A stretch of DNA of 64,000 nt from contig OX597831.1 in assembly GCA_951406725.2 (NCBI GenBank), positions 79,608,001-79,672,000 on the forward strand. The letters are read 5' to 3'. Shown piece after piece: positions 51,911 through 64,000 of the stretch. The position numbers and the translations under genes were made by a program. The notes beneath the pieces were generated by a model that ran no database searches, was not told the DNA's origin, and saw nothing but the letters and a program-made list of their open reading frames with translations. The stretch is from Octopus vulgaris. Its lineage: Eukaryota. The stretch's first letter is position 1; each line of letters begins with the position of its first letter.

Positions 51911-54900
51911 GGATATATATATATATATTTATAAATGGAAGAGATATACCCTTCGAAGAATGTTTGCCGTTGTTGTTGTTGCTGTTGTTGTTGCTGTTGT
52001 TGATGATGTTCTAGTTACGATTTCTTGAGAGAAAACCACGTGACTGACATTTTTCGTTTTTAATGCTCAAACTTTGCCTTTTATTTTTTTGTATCTAATA
52101 CTCATTTCTTTTCTCTCTTTCTCTCTCTCTCTTTCTCTCCCTCTCTTTATCTCTCTCTCTCTTTGTCTTTCTATGTTTCTCTTTCTCTCTCTCTCTTTCT
52201 CTTTTATCATGTTTGTTTCGAAATCATTGTCATCGTCGCCGCCTCCTCCTCCTCCTCCTCCTCCTCATCATCATCATCACCATCACCACAACCTCAAAAA
52301 CGCCAACACAAGGTATCATGGCGAAGCTACTTGACAGAGGGTCGATTGAGCCGCTAGAAACAACGACCAAACAACCTCCCCCCACCGTTCATAGAATTCC
52401 CACCCGTCATATAAAGAAAAGATTGCGTATCAAAAACTCAGGCAAGAAGGTCACGGTTGGAGTGCCCTCTGATCTGGGGTTAAACCACAATAACGATTTC
52501 AATTATTACCACTAAAACTACATCCTATACAATAAACTCTAAAAACTGCATTCCACTCAAACTGCAACTATCGCCATAACAGTGCCGATACCATCACCAC
52601 TTCTACTACTGCCCATACAACTATGCCATTACCACCATAGCCAACATAATAACATTTTGTCGTAAGCACAGCTGCTACAACACTACAACCGCTACTGTAA
52701 CAAATTCTACCACCACTTACACAACTACTACAACCACTGCAACTATTACACCACTACCACTCCTACAACCGCCCCTACAAACATCACCACTACCACCACA
52801 ACCACCACCAATACCACTACAACCTCTACCACAACAACCATCACCACTACCAATGCTACGAACGCCTTTACTATCCCCATCAGAACTACAACCACTGTTA
52901 CCACTACCACTTCTACTACCACCAACACTAACTACAAACACCACTTCCACTACCACCACAAACATCTCTACTCCAAACACTGCCCTTCCTCTGTTTTATA
53001 CCACTCCTATGCTACAACAATAGCTACACAACTGTACTACCACCAAAACCATCACTACCACAACCATTACCAACATAAGCTTTTACATTCTCTGTTACCA
53101 CTACTAACACCGCCACTACCACTCTGCCACCACTAACATCATCATCACCACTACAACCATTACAGACATTGTCAATATTACCACCACTACCACCACAACC
53201 AACTCCAAAATATGAACACTGCCATCATCTCTACCACTATGGCACTACCACCGCTACTATAATACTATCACCACTAGAACAGCACTACTAGAGATCTATA
53301 GATCTGTCATTACTATACCAATACTATGACCACTACAACTACCACCACTAACAACACCTTTACCACTGCAACCACCCTCACCACAACCACCACTACTATC
53401 ACTTCCATGCCTCAACTACCACCTCAACCGTCATCATCACCACCATCACCTTTACCAGCACCACCGCTAGTACTACAACCACAACACTACCAGTACCACC
53501 ATCACCTCCATAACTCAACTACCACCACCGCTAATACTACTGCCACAACCACTACTACTACCACTATCACCACCACCAACAGCAACACTACTACTGCCAC
53601 GTTCACCTCCGTACCTCAACTACCATCACCATCACCTTTACCAACACCACCGCTAATACTACCACCGAAACCAGTATTGCCACCCCTACCACAATCACCA
53701 TTACCACCACCACCACCTCAACTACCATCACAACCATCTTCATCGCCACCACCTTCACCTTTACCGACTCCACCGCAATCACACATCGCTAATACTACCA
53801 CCACAACCAGCACTGACACTATCATCGTTACCACCACCACTACTGTCATTTCCCCCCCACCGCCACCACTAGGATACTACCTCCTATACAGTGTTAATCA
53901 GTGACTATTGTTTCAACTCCTCCAAGTTCACGTACAATCAATATTTCGGATTCATTTCAAACGGCGTTTTAATTCATTTTTAATTATGTATTGTTTAATT
54001 AGGTTGGATTAACAATGGAGCTGTACAAAAGTGGTTGGTGATGGTATGGGTGAGGGGTGCAGTGGTGGTGGTGGTGGCAGTGAAAATGGTTGTGGTGGTG
54101 ATGATGATGATGATAATAGTGGTAAATGTGTTGGTGGTGGTGGTGATGATCGTGATGGGGATGGTAGTGGTGGTGGTGGTAGTGGTGGTGGTGGTAGTGG
54201 TGGTGGTGGTGGTGGTGGTGATGGTTATGGTTATGGTGGTGGTGGTAGTGGTGGTGGTGGTGATGGTGATGGTGGTGGTGGTGGTGGTGGTAATGGTGGT
54301 GGTAGATGTGGTGGTGGTGACGTGTAGTAGTCGTCGTCGTCGTCGTCATCGTCGCAGGAATATAGTAGTGCTTGTCATATAGGTGGCGGGGCGGCAACAG
54401 TGGCGGTAGTGGTGGTGGTGGTGGTGGCCGTCATCGTTGTGGAAACATGGTAATAGTGGTCGTGGTTGTGGGGATTGCTATAGCGGAAATGATGATGATG
54501 ATGGTGATAGTGATAATGGTGATGGTGATGAGGTGATGTAATATTGGTGAGGGTGGCGGTGGTTTTTGTTGTTGTGGTAGTGGTGGTGGTGGTAGTTAGT
54601 GACGATGGTGTAGTTGCGGTGGTTGTAATAAGTGTGGTGGTGATGATTTTGGCTGTGGCGGAGACGATGGAATAGTGTTGGCGATTATTTGTCTTGGTAA
54701 CGACAGGGAGTTTTATTTCGTCAAATCTTGGAAGAAGAATTTGAACTCAGAACCAGAGAAATTAAAAGGACATTATTTCAACCATTTTATCCATTGCTCC
54801 AATTCTGCAAAACACAATTGCTGCTGCCGCTGCCGCTGCCGCTGCTGCTGCTGCCGTTGCTGCTGCTGCCGTTGCTGCTGCTGCTCTTGTTGTTGTTGTT

Positions 54901-55505
54901 GTCTGTTGCTTTTGTTCTCGTTGATACTGCTGCTGCTGTTGTTTTTGCTGTTGTTGTTGCTGCTACTGCTGCTGTTATTGCTGTTGTTGTTATTTTTGCT
55001 GCTGTTGTTGTTGTTGTTTGTTCCAAAGTAATTCCTGATACGACAGATCCATCTTCAAACTTATTCCCAGCATCCAGATGCAGTTTATATTTCTTTTCCA
55101 ACTATGATAGATCCTCCGTCATTATCCACGAAGAGCATTCACTTGTTCCATCAGCTAATCGTCCGTCTCCTTAATTCAACGTGTGAATATAAGTGGCTGG
55201 ATATTCCGTAGGCTCGTATACACACTTAACGTAATTTACAAACCAGATTCGCGTTACAGAATGTCACAATGTTTCGTACAGTTTCCATCTATGCAAGACT
55301 GGAATTTACTCAAGCTAATATATATGGACTTTGTTCGTTTGTGTTTAATACACTTTAAAATAAAACATATAGAGAAGTGCCAGACCCAGGATTTTAAGCT
55401 TTCCATCAGGGCCACCCAACGCAACAGGGGCAATCATGGAATCACGTCCGACCTCCTTATCAACAAACCGAGGTCAGCCCAGCCATAAACAACAGAAAGG
55501 AAATA

Positions 55506-55934
55506 CGGGGTGTTCAAAAAGTCCCTCCGCAGTGAATTTCTCGGTGAATGGATTATTTCGAAGGGACTTTGGCCACCAGGAACACCTGATTTTGACACCA
55601 ACAGAGCTTTTTTAATTTTTTTAGGTTGGGAAGCAAGTAAAGGCTCAGTGTACAAGAATCGCCCGAAAACCATTAATGAGCTAAATTATGCGATCATAAC
55701 CTTCACGTGGTCCATACCGCGTCAGAGTCTCCAAGATGTATTTCAAAACATGTCTAGAAGAGTCAACTTACGTATTGAAAACGAAGGACGACACTTTCAA
55801 CACCTCTTATAAAGTTGTTTTTTTGTTTTTTTAAGTCTTGTAAAGTCTAATATATTCTTTTGTAGTCTTATACCATCTTCTAAATATTTATTTTGCAATA
55901 GAATACCTACTACAGGGATTTTTTGAACACCTTG
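55506..55934 (+). mobile_element. Internally deleted Tc1/mariner-superfamily (rosa/Tc3-like) element with both TIRs
   Basis: TA-CGGGGTGTTCAAAAAGTCCCT...AGGGATTTTTTGAACACCTTG-TA. C-terminus WPPGTPD...VYKNRPKTINEL...EGRHFQHLL*. Confidence 0.88.
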
Positions 55935-55967
55935 TATATGAAAGACACTGATAACTATAACAATACT

Positions 55968-56345
55968 GGAGGGGGACGGGCGGGCAGACGGACGGACGGA
56001 AAGACGGGTGGAAGTGGTTCGTAAAGATTGGCATTGGGCGCGCGGCGGGTACGCGGCGGGTACGCGGTGGAAAGGACGACGAACGACGAACGGAAGAGAA
56101 GAAGCAGTCGAGCGAGAAGAAAGCCGAGGCTGCGGCGAGTCGGTACGCTTTTGCTCGCGGAGGCGAGGGCGCAGCGCAGCTGAGGCGGAACGAGAAGACG
56201 AGAGACAGAGGCGGACGCCTCTGCCGCGTGATTGCTTCCTTGCGTCAAAGAATGTATTTTATTTTTTTTTTTGCGAACGAGCACATCCGACCGAGCCACT
56301 GCGTACCGGCGACGCGGTGCGATCGAAAGGCCGTCGTCACCTTCG
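55968..56345. other. Isolated GC/CpG-rich island of unknown origin
   Basis: Dense CG dinucleotides (e.g. GCGCGCGGCGGGTACGCGGCGGGTACGCGG) in an otherwise AT-rich window. Confidence 0.7.
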
Positions 56346-56591
56346 TCCAATTTCCTGTTTTCCCTTTCCTCCCCACACATCTGGGCAACCACTTTTTCCA
56401 TCCCTCGCTTTTCCAAATGTCCCCAAGAGAAGCTCATAGCTCCGAAATACACAAATATAAGGTAATTTTTTATTTGTAGTTTACTTTACACATTGTTCCG
56501 GCCTTACACAACAAAGTTTTATAAAGAGAAGATGGTGATGAGGGGTTGATCGGCTAACTGTGGAAGGTGCAGATTTTTGTTTAGCCAGTCT

Positions 56592-56826
56592 CTTATTTCT
56601 TTATTGGCCACAAGAGGCTAAACATAGAGGGGACAAACAAGCACAGACAAAGGGATTAAGTCGATTAGATAGACTCCAGTAAGCAACTGGTACTTGATTT
56701 ATTGACCCCAAAAGGATGAAAGGCAAAGGTGACCTCAGCGGAATTTGAACTCAGAATGTAACGGCATATGAAATACCGCTAAGTATTTCGCCCGGAGTGC
56801 TAACGATTCTGCCAGCTCACCGCCTT
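56592..56826 (-). mobile_element. SINE family B with Tx1-like 3' tail
   Basis: Family B head and centre; the tail matches 28050-28112 and the Tx1 3' ends. Confidence 0.85.
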
Positions 56827-57765
56827 CTTTAGCCAGTTTCTATGGGCTATAAGTAACCGAGATCGTAACGTTCTCTTTCACCGGGACACCAGTTCACTGA
56901 TTTACAGCAATGAATTGAAGCAATGTGAAATAAATTGTTTCGCACAAGAACACAGTGAGCAAGCCTGTCCGGGAATCGAAATCACGATCTTATGCTTATG
57001 ATTGCAACACCTTAAACACTAATACACGAATATGATAGTGATGTGGCTAATATTAGCTTCAAATTTTGGCACAAAAGTTGCAATTTTGAATGAGGGCGCA
57101 TTCGATTACACCGATCAAAGTGCTCAACTGGTAGTTACTTGAACAACACCGAAAGAATTAAAGTCAAAGTCGACCTCGGAAATATTTCAACTCAGAACAC
57201 AAAGGTGGACAAAACGCTGCAAAGTATTTAGTCCGGCATGTTAATGATGCTTTGCTGTTGATTGTGATAATGAGGATGATAATGATGGTGTTGATATTGA
57301 TGTTGTATTATATCGAAGCTGTGGGAACTCATGTTGAACACTCTCCAATATATGCCGATAGGTAGATTTCAACTCAGCACTTCGAAACAGACGTGAAAAT
57401 TACAGCAGTCATAGCTTCACAGAGCCGAGTTTATTTCTCGTCCATGTCGTGGCTATTCACGCTGTTTACGCCCAGATGGACTACACCATTTGGTAACCAA
57501 GTCGTATTTGACAGTTAAAATCTAGATCAGAGCACAAACTACAGATTTGTCTGGTACAGATTCCACTGAGGTAGAAACGGGCAACCAGCCATAAATAGAT
57601 TCTAAAAATGTTGAAATAGAATGAAATTTGATTCAACAAATAATCGAACACAGATATGTATATATATATATATATATGTATAAGGGTGAAAAGGAACACA
57701 CGAGTTGATATATATGAAAAAACAAGTAAAAAATAGAAAATGCTAAAATAATTTTATAGTGAACA

Positions 57766-57809
57766 TTTCAGTACCGGTTTCGGTCATTTTGAGACCTTTT
57801 CAACTGTAA
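57766..57809 (-). ncRNA. Minimal type I hammerhead, U3-A8 variant (family P3, second copy)
   Basis: UUACAG-UUGAAAA-GGUC(ucaaaau)GACC-GAAA-CCGGU-A^CUGAAA. Confidence 0.75.
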
Positions 57810-58160
57810 CGATTAAATAATTAAATTTAGAAAAATTAGAAGAAAAGTTTTTTTAAAAGAATATTTCTATAGTAGTGTTCAGATTTAAGTGGCATTCTGC
57901 CTTTCTCTGACTCCCTTGTTTGCACTTGTGTGCAAATATATATATATATATCGGAATTCGATCAATGAGCCAATGAATGCCAAAGAAGACAAGACAACAA
58001 ACAAAGCAACCAACCAAAAGTCCGATTGATCAATCATAGAATTGTCTAATACATACATACATACATACATACATACATACATACAAGCTTGCTTGAATAC
58101 ATGCACATATGCATACACACATACAAGCAGACATATATGCATGTCTACTTGCATACATGC

Positions 58161-58237
<77 letters not shown>

Positions 58238-58381
58238 ATTTTTGTTATTTTTCATTTGTCCTGCACGCTTACGTTCTTAGTGTGCTAAAATTTTTCTCGA
58301 GAACAATTCTTAGTGGTTCAGTCCCTTTGCGGATCTACATCTAGCGTAAGAGCGTCCACATAGTAGATTCTCTCTCATATT

Positions 58382-58450
<69 letters not shown>

Positions 58451-58976
58451 GTATGTATATATATATGTATGTATATGTATGAATGTATATATATGTCTGT
58501 GTGGTATTCGCCACCACCGTCACCACCATAGCTTTACATCGATCGCACCTACCTTCCCTCCTACCAACTAATTGCATTAGAATACATCCGATAGTTTGCC
58601 ACGCTAAATGATTTCCGTTTCCGGTTTAATGACAACAGTTACACAGTCAATGACAACAATTAAATAATTAAATAAACAAATAAACAAACTCGAACGAACG
58701 AAGAAATACATCAATAAAGAAGATAATTACTTTAATTACTAATACTTATCCTTACTCTGCTGCTGCTGCTGCTGCTGCTGCTACTACTACTCCTACTACT
58801 ACGAGGAAAGCAACGGTTGCTGCTGCTGCTGCCACTACTACCATTACTACTACTAAAACGAGGATTAATACTAAAACTGCTATCATCATCATCGTCACCA
58901 TCATCACCATCATCATCATCACCATCAGCATCATCATCACCATCATCATCATCACCATCATCATCATCACCATCAG

Positions 58977-59008
<32 letters not shown>

Positions 59009-59026
59009 CCACCGTCATCATCATCG

Positions 59027-59063
<37 letters not shown>

Positions 59064-59169
59064 TATTATTAGTAGTAGTAGTATTATTATTATCATTATT
59101 ATTATTATTGTTATTATTATTGCTATTATTATTATTGTTATTACTGTTATTATTAGTATAATTATCATT

Positions 59170-59380
59170 AAGGCGGCGAGATGGCAGAATCGTTAGCACA
59201 CGGGCGAAATGCTTAGCGCGGTATCTCGTTTGCCGCTATGTTCTGATTTCAAATCCCGCTGAAGTCGACTTTGCCTTTTATGCTTTCGGAGTCGTTAAAT
59301 TAAGTACCAGTGAATTACTGGGGTCGATGTAGAAAGGATTATTATTGTTAGTCGACTAGCTCTCTCTCCCAAAGTTTCTT
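59170..59380 (+). mobile_element. SINE family B
   Basis: AGGCGGCGAGATGGCAGAATCG...GTCGACTTTGCC...AAGTACCAG. Confidence 0.82.
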
Positions 59381-59416
59381 CTTATTATTAGTTTCTATCT
59401 AATATTATTGTTATTG

Positions 59417-59487
<71 letters not shown>

Positions 59488-59502
59488 ATTATTATTATTA
59501 TT

Positions 59503-59779
59503 CAGTAGTATATTTTTTATATCGTGCTTTCACTTCACTACCGAGCGCAGCTCTGTGTGCCTTGGGTATGTGCTGTGATTTGTTGTGATGCTCAGATGGT
59601 TATTGTATGGAAAGTGTTCTTCGTAGGATGTGTGCAGTGCCTAGTATTGCAATTTTCTGTATGTTATATGTGTTTGTAAGTCCTGGTGTTTTTGTTATGT
59701 ATTTTTTTTCTCCATTTCTTTTAGAGACACGTTGGCCTCCGCTGGTATTGATACATCAATTAGAAAACATTTTTTAGAA
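59503..59779 (-). pseudogene. R4/Dong-like (restriction-like endonuclease) LINE 3' fragment inside (TAA)n
   Basis: KKCFLIDVSIPAEANVSLKEMEK joined by deletion to KYITKTPGLTNTYNIQKIAILGTAHILRRTLSIQ*, then a short 3' UTR and TAA repeats on both sides. Confidence 0.85.
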
Positions 59780-59847
<68 letters not shown>

Positions 59848-59864
59848 CATTATTATTATTATTA

Positions 59865-59989
59865 CCACATGGTTCCGGGTTCAGTCCCACTGCGTGGCAC
59901 CTTGGGCGAGTGTCTTCTACTATAGCCTCAGGCCGACCAAAGCCTTGTGAGTGGATTTGGTAGACGGAAACTGAAAGAAGCCCGTCGTA

Positions 59990-60080
<91 letters not shown>

Positions 60081-60300
60081 ATGTGTATATGTTTGTGAGT
60101 CTGTGTTTGTCCCCCCAACATTGCTTGACAACCGACGGTGGTGTGTTTAGGTCCCTGTAACCTAGCGGTTCGGCAAAAGAGACCGATAGAATAAGTACTA
60201 GGCTTACAAAGAGTAAGACCTGGGGTCGATTTGATTCGACTAAAAGGCGGTGTTCCAGCATGACCGCAATCAAATGACTGAAACAAATAAAAGAAATGAA
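59865..60300 (+). mobile_element. SINE family A, 5'-truncated
   Basis: Begins at ACCACATGGTTCCGGG; full tail. Confidence 0.88.
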
Positions 60301-60318
60301 AAGAAAAAGGAATTATTA

Positions 60319-60365
<47 letters not shown>

Positions 60366-60384
60366 ATTATTATTATTATTATTA

Positions 60385-61513
60385 TTGAGTGAGAGAGCAG
60401 TGCATGCCATCAGAGTGACACTGGGGTAAAATATACGAAGCCCAATATACCCATCATGACTACCCGTCTGATAAGGGTACACAGGCACATGCATCACAAC
60501 CATATGTGCGCGACATGGTGATCTCATATCAAGATAAACAGCACATGACCTTGCAGGTGGGGCCCAGTTAGAATTTTCTTCAGGTTGAGTAGCCCATCCC
60601 GCTCAAAAGGTCCCTGAATAAGGGTTGTTTAAGGATGTTGAAAGAACCACCCATGTTTCCAGAGGTAAATTATTCAAACCCCAAAGAATCCCTCTCAACA
60701 CATGGCTATGATGTTCCCCCACTACTTCTGCTCGTGATCAGAGATGCACATATCGTCAGCCACTAAGGGATATGCTCAACTGGTTACGGTCAAACAACTG
60801 ACAAGCAAATCTGTGGTATTGAGCAGAATATTTGCTGTAGCCCATCTTTTATACCAAGACAAAACAATGTACATGATAACACTTCTAATCAGTTAAGATA
60901 AGAAGCCATGAGAGCCATTATTGTTATTATTATTATTGTTATTATTATTAATATTGAGTGAGAGAGCAGTTCATGCCATCAAAGTGACACTGGGGTAAAA
61001 TATACGAAGCCCAATATACCCATCATGACTACCCGTCTGATAAAGGTACACCAGGCACATGCATCACAACCATATGTGCGCGACATGGTGATCTCATATC
61101 AAGATAAACAGCACATGACCTTGCAGGTGGGGCCCAGTTAGAATTTGCTTCAGGTTGAGTAGCCCATCCCGCTCAAACGGTCCCTGAATAAGGGTTGTTT
61201 AAGGATGTTGAAAGAACCACCCAAATTTCCAGAGGTGAATTATTCAAACCCCAAAGAATCCCTCTCAACACATGGCTATGATGCTCCCCCACTACTTCTG
61301 CTCGTGATCAGAGATGCACATATCGTCAGCCAGTAAGGGACATGCTCAACTGGTTAAGGTCAAACAACTGACAAGCAAATCTGTGGTATTGAGCAGAATA
61401 TTTGCTGTAGCCCATCTTTTATACCAAGACAAAACAATGTACATGATAACACTTCTAATCAGTTAAGATCAGAAGCCATGAGAGCCACTGCCTGGTACTG
61501 CATCAGGGCATTT
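60385..61513 (-). repeat. Two copies of a non-coding element of about 560 bp in a (TAA)n array
   Basis: Copies at 60385-60917 and 60954-61513 are separated by a TTA spacer. The first lacks about 27 nt at one end. Orientation is inferred from the TAA tail. Confidence 0.9.
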
Positions 61514-62105
<592 letters not shown>

Positions 62106-62107
62106 AT

Positions 62108-62310
62108 GAGGCGGTGAGATAGAAGAAGCGTTAGCGGCATTTCGTCCGTCTTTACGTTCTGAGTTCAAATTCCGCTGAGATCGTGTGTCATCCCTTTAGG
62201 GTCGATAAAATAAATAATAGTTGAGTAGCGGTGTTGATGCAATCGTCTGTCCCCCCCCCCGCCGCCACTCCCCACTTTCCCAATTTCATATCTTGTACCT
62301 TTAGTAGAAA
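62108..62310 (+). mobile_element. Degenerate SINE family B
   Basis: GAGGCGGTGAG...CTGAGTTCAAATTCCGC...GGGTCGATAAAA. Confidence 0.7.
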
Positions 62311-62867
62311 GGTTTATTACTCCAAGGCTGATATAATAGAGATTTCGACATTCGGAATTAATATGGAATTACAAAACAAACATACAAAAAAAACTAAAAA
62401 GGAATTTTTTGCCACAAAGCCAGACGGTGGTGGCTGGATATATCGACCCCAGTTAATGACTGGAACTTATTTTATCGGTGGTGGTGGTGGTGGTGGTAGT
62501 GGTGAAGGTGGTGGTGGTGGTGGTGGTGGTGGTGGTGGTGGTGGTGTGGTGGTGGTGGTGTTAGTGGCGGTGGCGGAGACGGCGGTGGTGGTGATGGTGG
62601 TGGTAATGGTTGTGGTGGTGGTAGTTGTAGTGTTGTTGTTGTTGGTGGTGGTGGTGTTGGTAGTGGCGGTGGTGGTGATGGTGGTTGTGGTGGTGGTGGT
62701 GGTGGTAGTGGTAGTGGCGGTGATGGTGATGTCGGCAGCGTCGGCGGTGGTGGTGGTGGTGGTGATACGAAAACGACGACACTTATCACGATCACAATGA
62801 TAATTCTGTTAATGATTTCTTTAATAATAAAATTTATAACAAAACAGCAACTAAAACTATGACGTCC

Positions 62868-62899
<32 letters not shown>

Positions 62900-63036
62900 A
62901 ATAATAATAATAACGATGATGATGACGATGGCATGGTGATGATGATGACTGACGATGGGGCTGATGATCATGATGATGATGTTGACGATGACGATGAAAA
63001 TGACGTTGATGAAGGTGACGACGACGACGATGACGG

Positions 63037-63076
<40 letters not shown>

Positions 63077-63196
63077 AATTATGATGATGAAAGTGGTGGT
63101 GATGATGATGATGACGATGATGACGACGATGACGTCGACGGCGATGATGATGATGATGATGATGATGATGACGATGATGAGGATGAGGACAACGGC

Positions 63197-63238
<42 letters not shown>

Positions 63239-63756
63239 ATTTTTCAGTTCCTTTTTATCACCTCTTTCTTTTTCTTTAATCATCCGGATGTGCCGACTTT
63301 GGTACGGCAATGATGTCGCGTTTTGAGGAATCTCTTGGTGTTTCTCTTAGAATAATTACACGGATGCCAAAGAAATGGTAAATAGAACGAAAACAACAAC
63401 AAAAAAAAATATCACCAGGAACAATAACAAAACCCTAAACACAAACAACAACAACAACAACAAAAGACAAGGACGACGACGTTGTAGCTTAAAAAAGAAC
63501 AATGAAATCGTACATTAACGATCTAAGAGAACAAGAAGAAGAAGAATAAAACTAATAATAAAATGAAGGTGAAAGAAAAGACAACAGCGACAGCAACAAC
63601 AACAATTTCTACAATAGCAACAATAACAATAGTAAAAGTAGGAGGAGCAGTAACAACAACGACAGCAACAACAGTAAAAACCTAAAAGAACAACAACATT
63701 AACAACAGCAACAAGGATGAAAACATCAGCAAGAACAAGAATGACGACGGAAACAT

Positions 63757-63825
<69 letters not shown>

Positions 63826-63935
63826 TATATTATATATACATATATATGTGTGTGTGTATGCATATGTATATATATATATATATATATATGTTTGTTTGTA
63901 TATTTATATATATATATATACATATATATGTATGT

Positions 63936-64000
<65 letters not shown>

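Noticed and set aside
55955-56479. ORFs over the CpG island
   Set aside because: Open frames on both strands are expected from high GC, and the translations are uninformative.
60740-60765. CUGACGA on the minus strand of the 560-bp TAA element
   Set aside because: No correctly placed GAAA or stems follow it.

Overview
AT-rich, microsatellite-saturated eukaryotic non-coding DNA, most likely intergenic or intronic sequence from an octopus or other coleoid cephalopod (inferred from the tRNA-derived SINE families and repeat landscape; no database search was possible). I find no credible host protein-coding exon; almost all listed ORFs are translations of simple repeats. The complex sequence is mostly transposon debris: four tRNA-SINE families, Tc1/mariner and hAT remnants and MITEs, non-autonomous Helitrons, and RTE, Tx1 and R4/Dong-like LINE fragments, plus a few short unique islands that may be regulatory. 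The most notable signal is self-cleaving RNA. Thirteen type I hammerhead ribozyme (HHR) motifs in about 8 different short repeat families, mostly beside (TA)n tracts, can be folded by eye. One family is a head-to-tail 562-bp dimer with one HHR per unit, a retrozyme/Penelope-like arrangement predicted to release a unit-length RNA. A degenerate HDV-like ribozyme also sits at the 5' end of an RTE 5' UTR. All folds are manual and activity is untested; element boundaries are approximate unless TSDs or TIRs are quoted.
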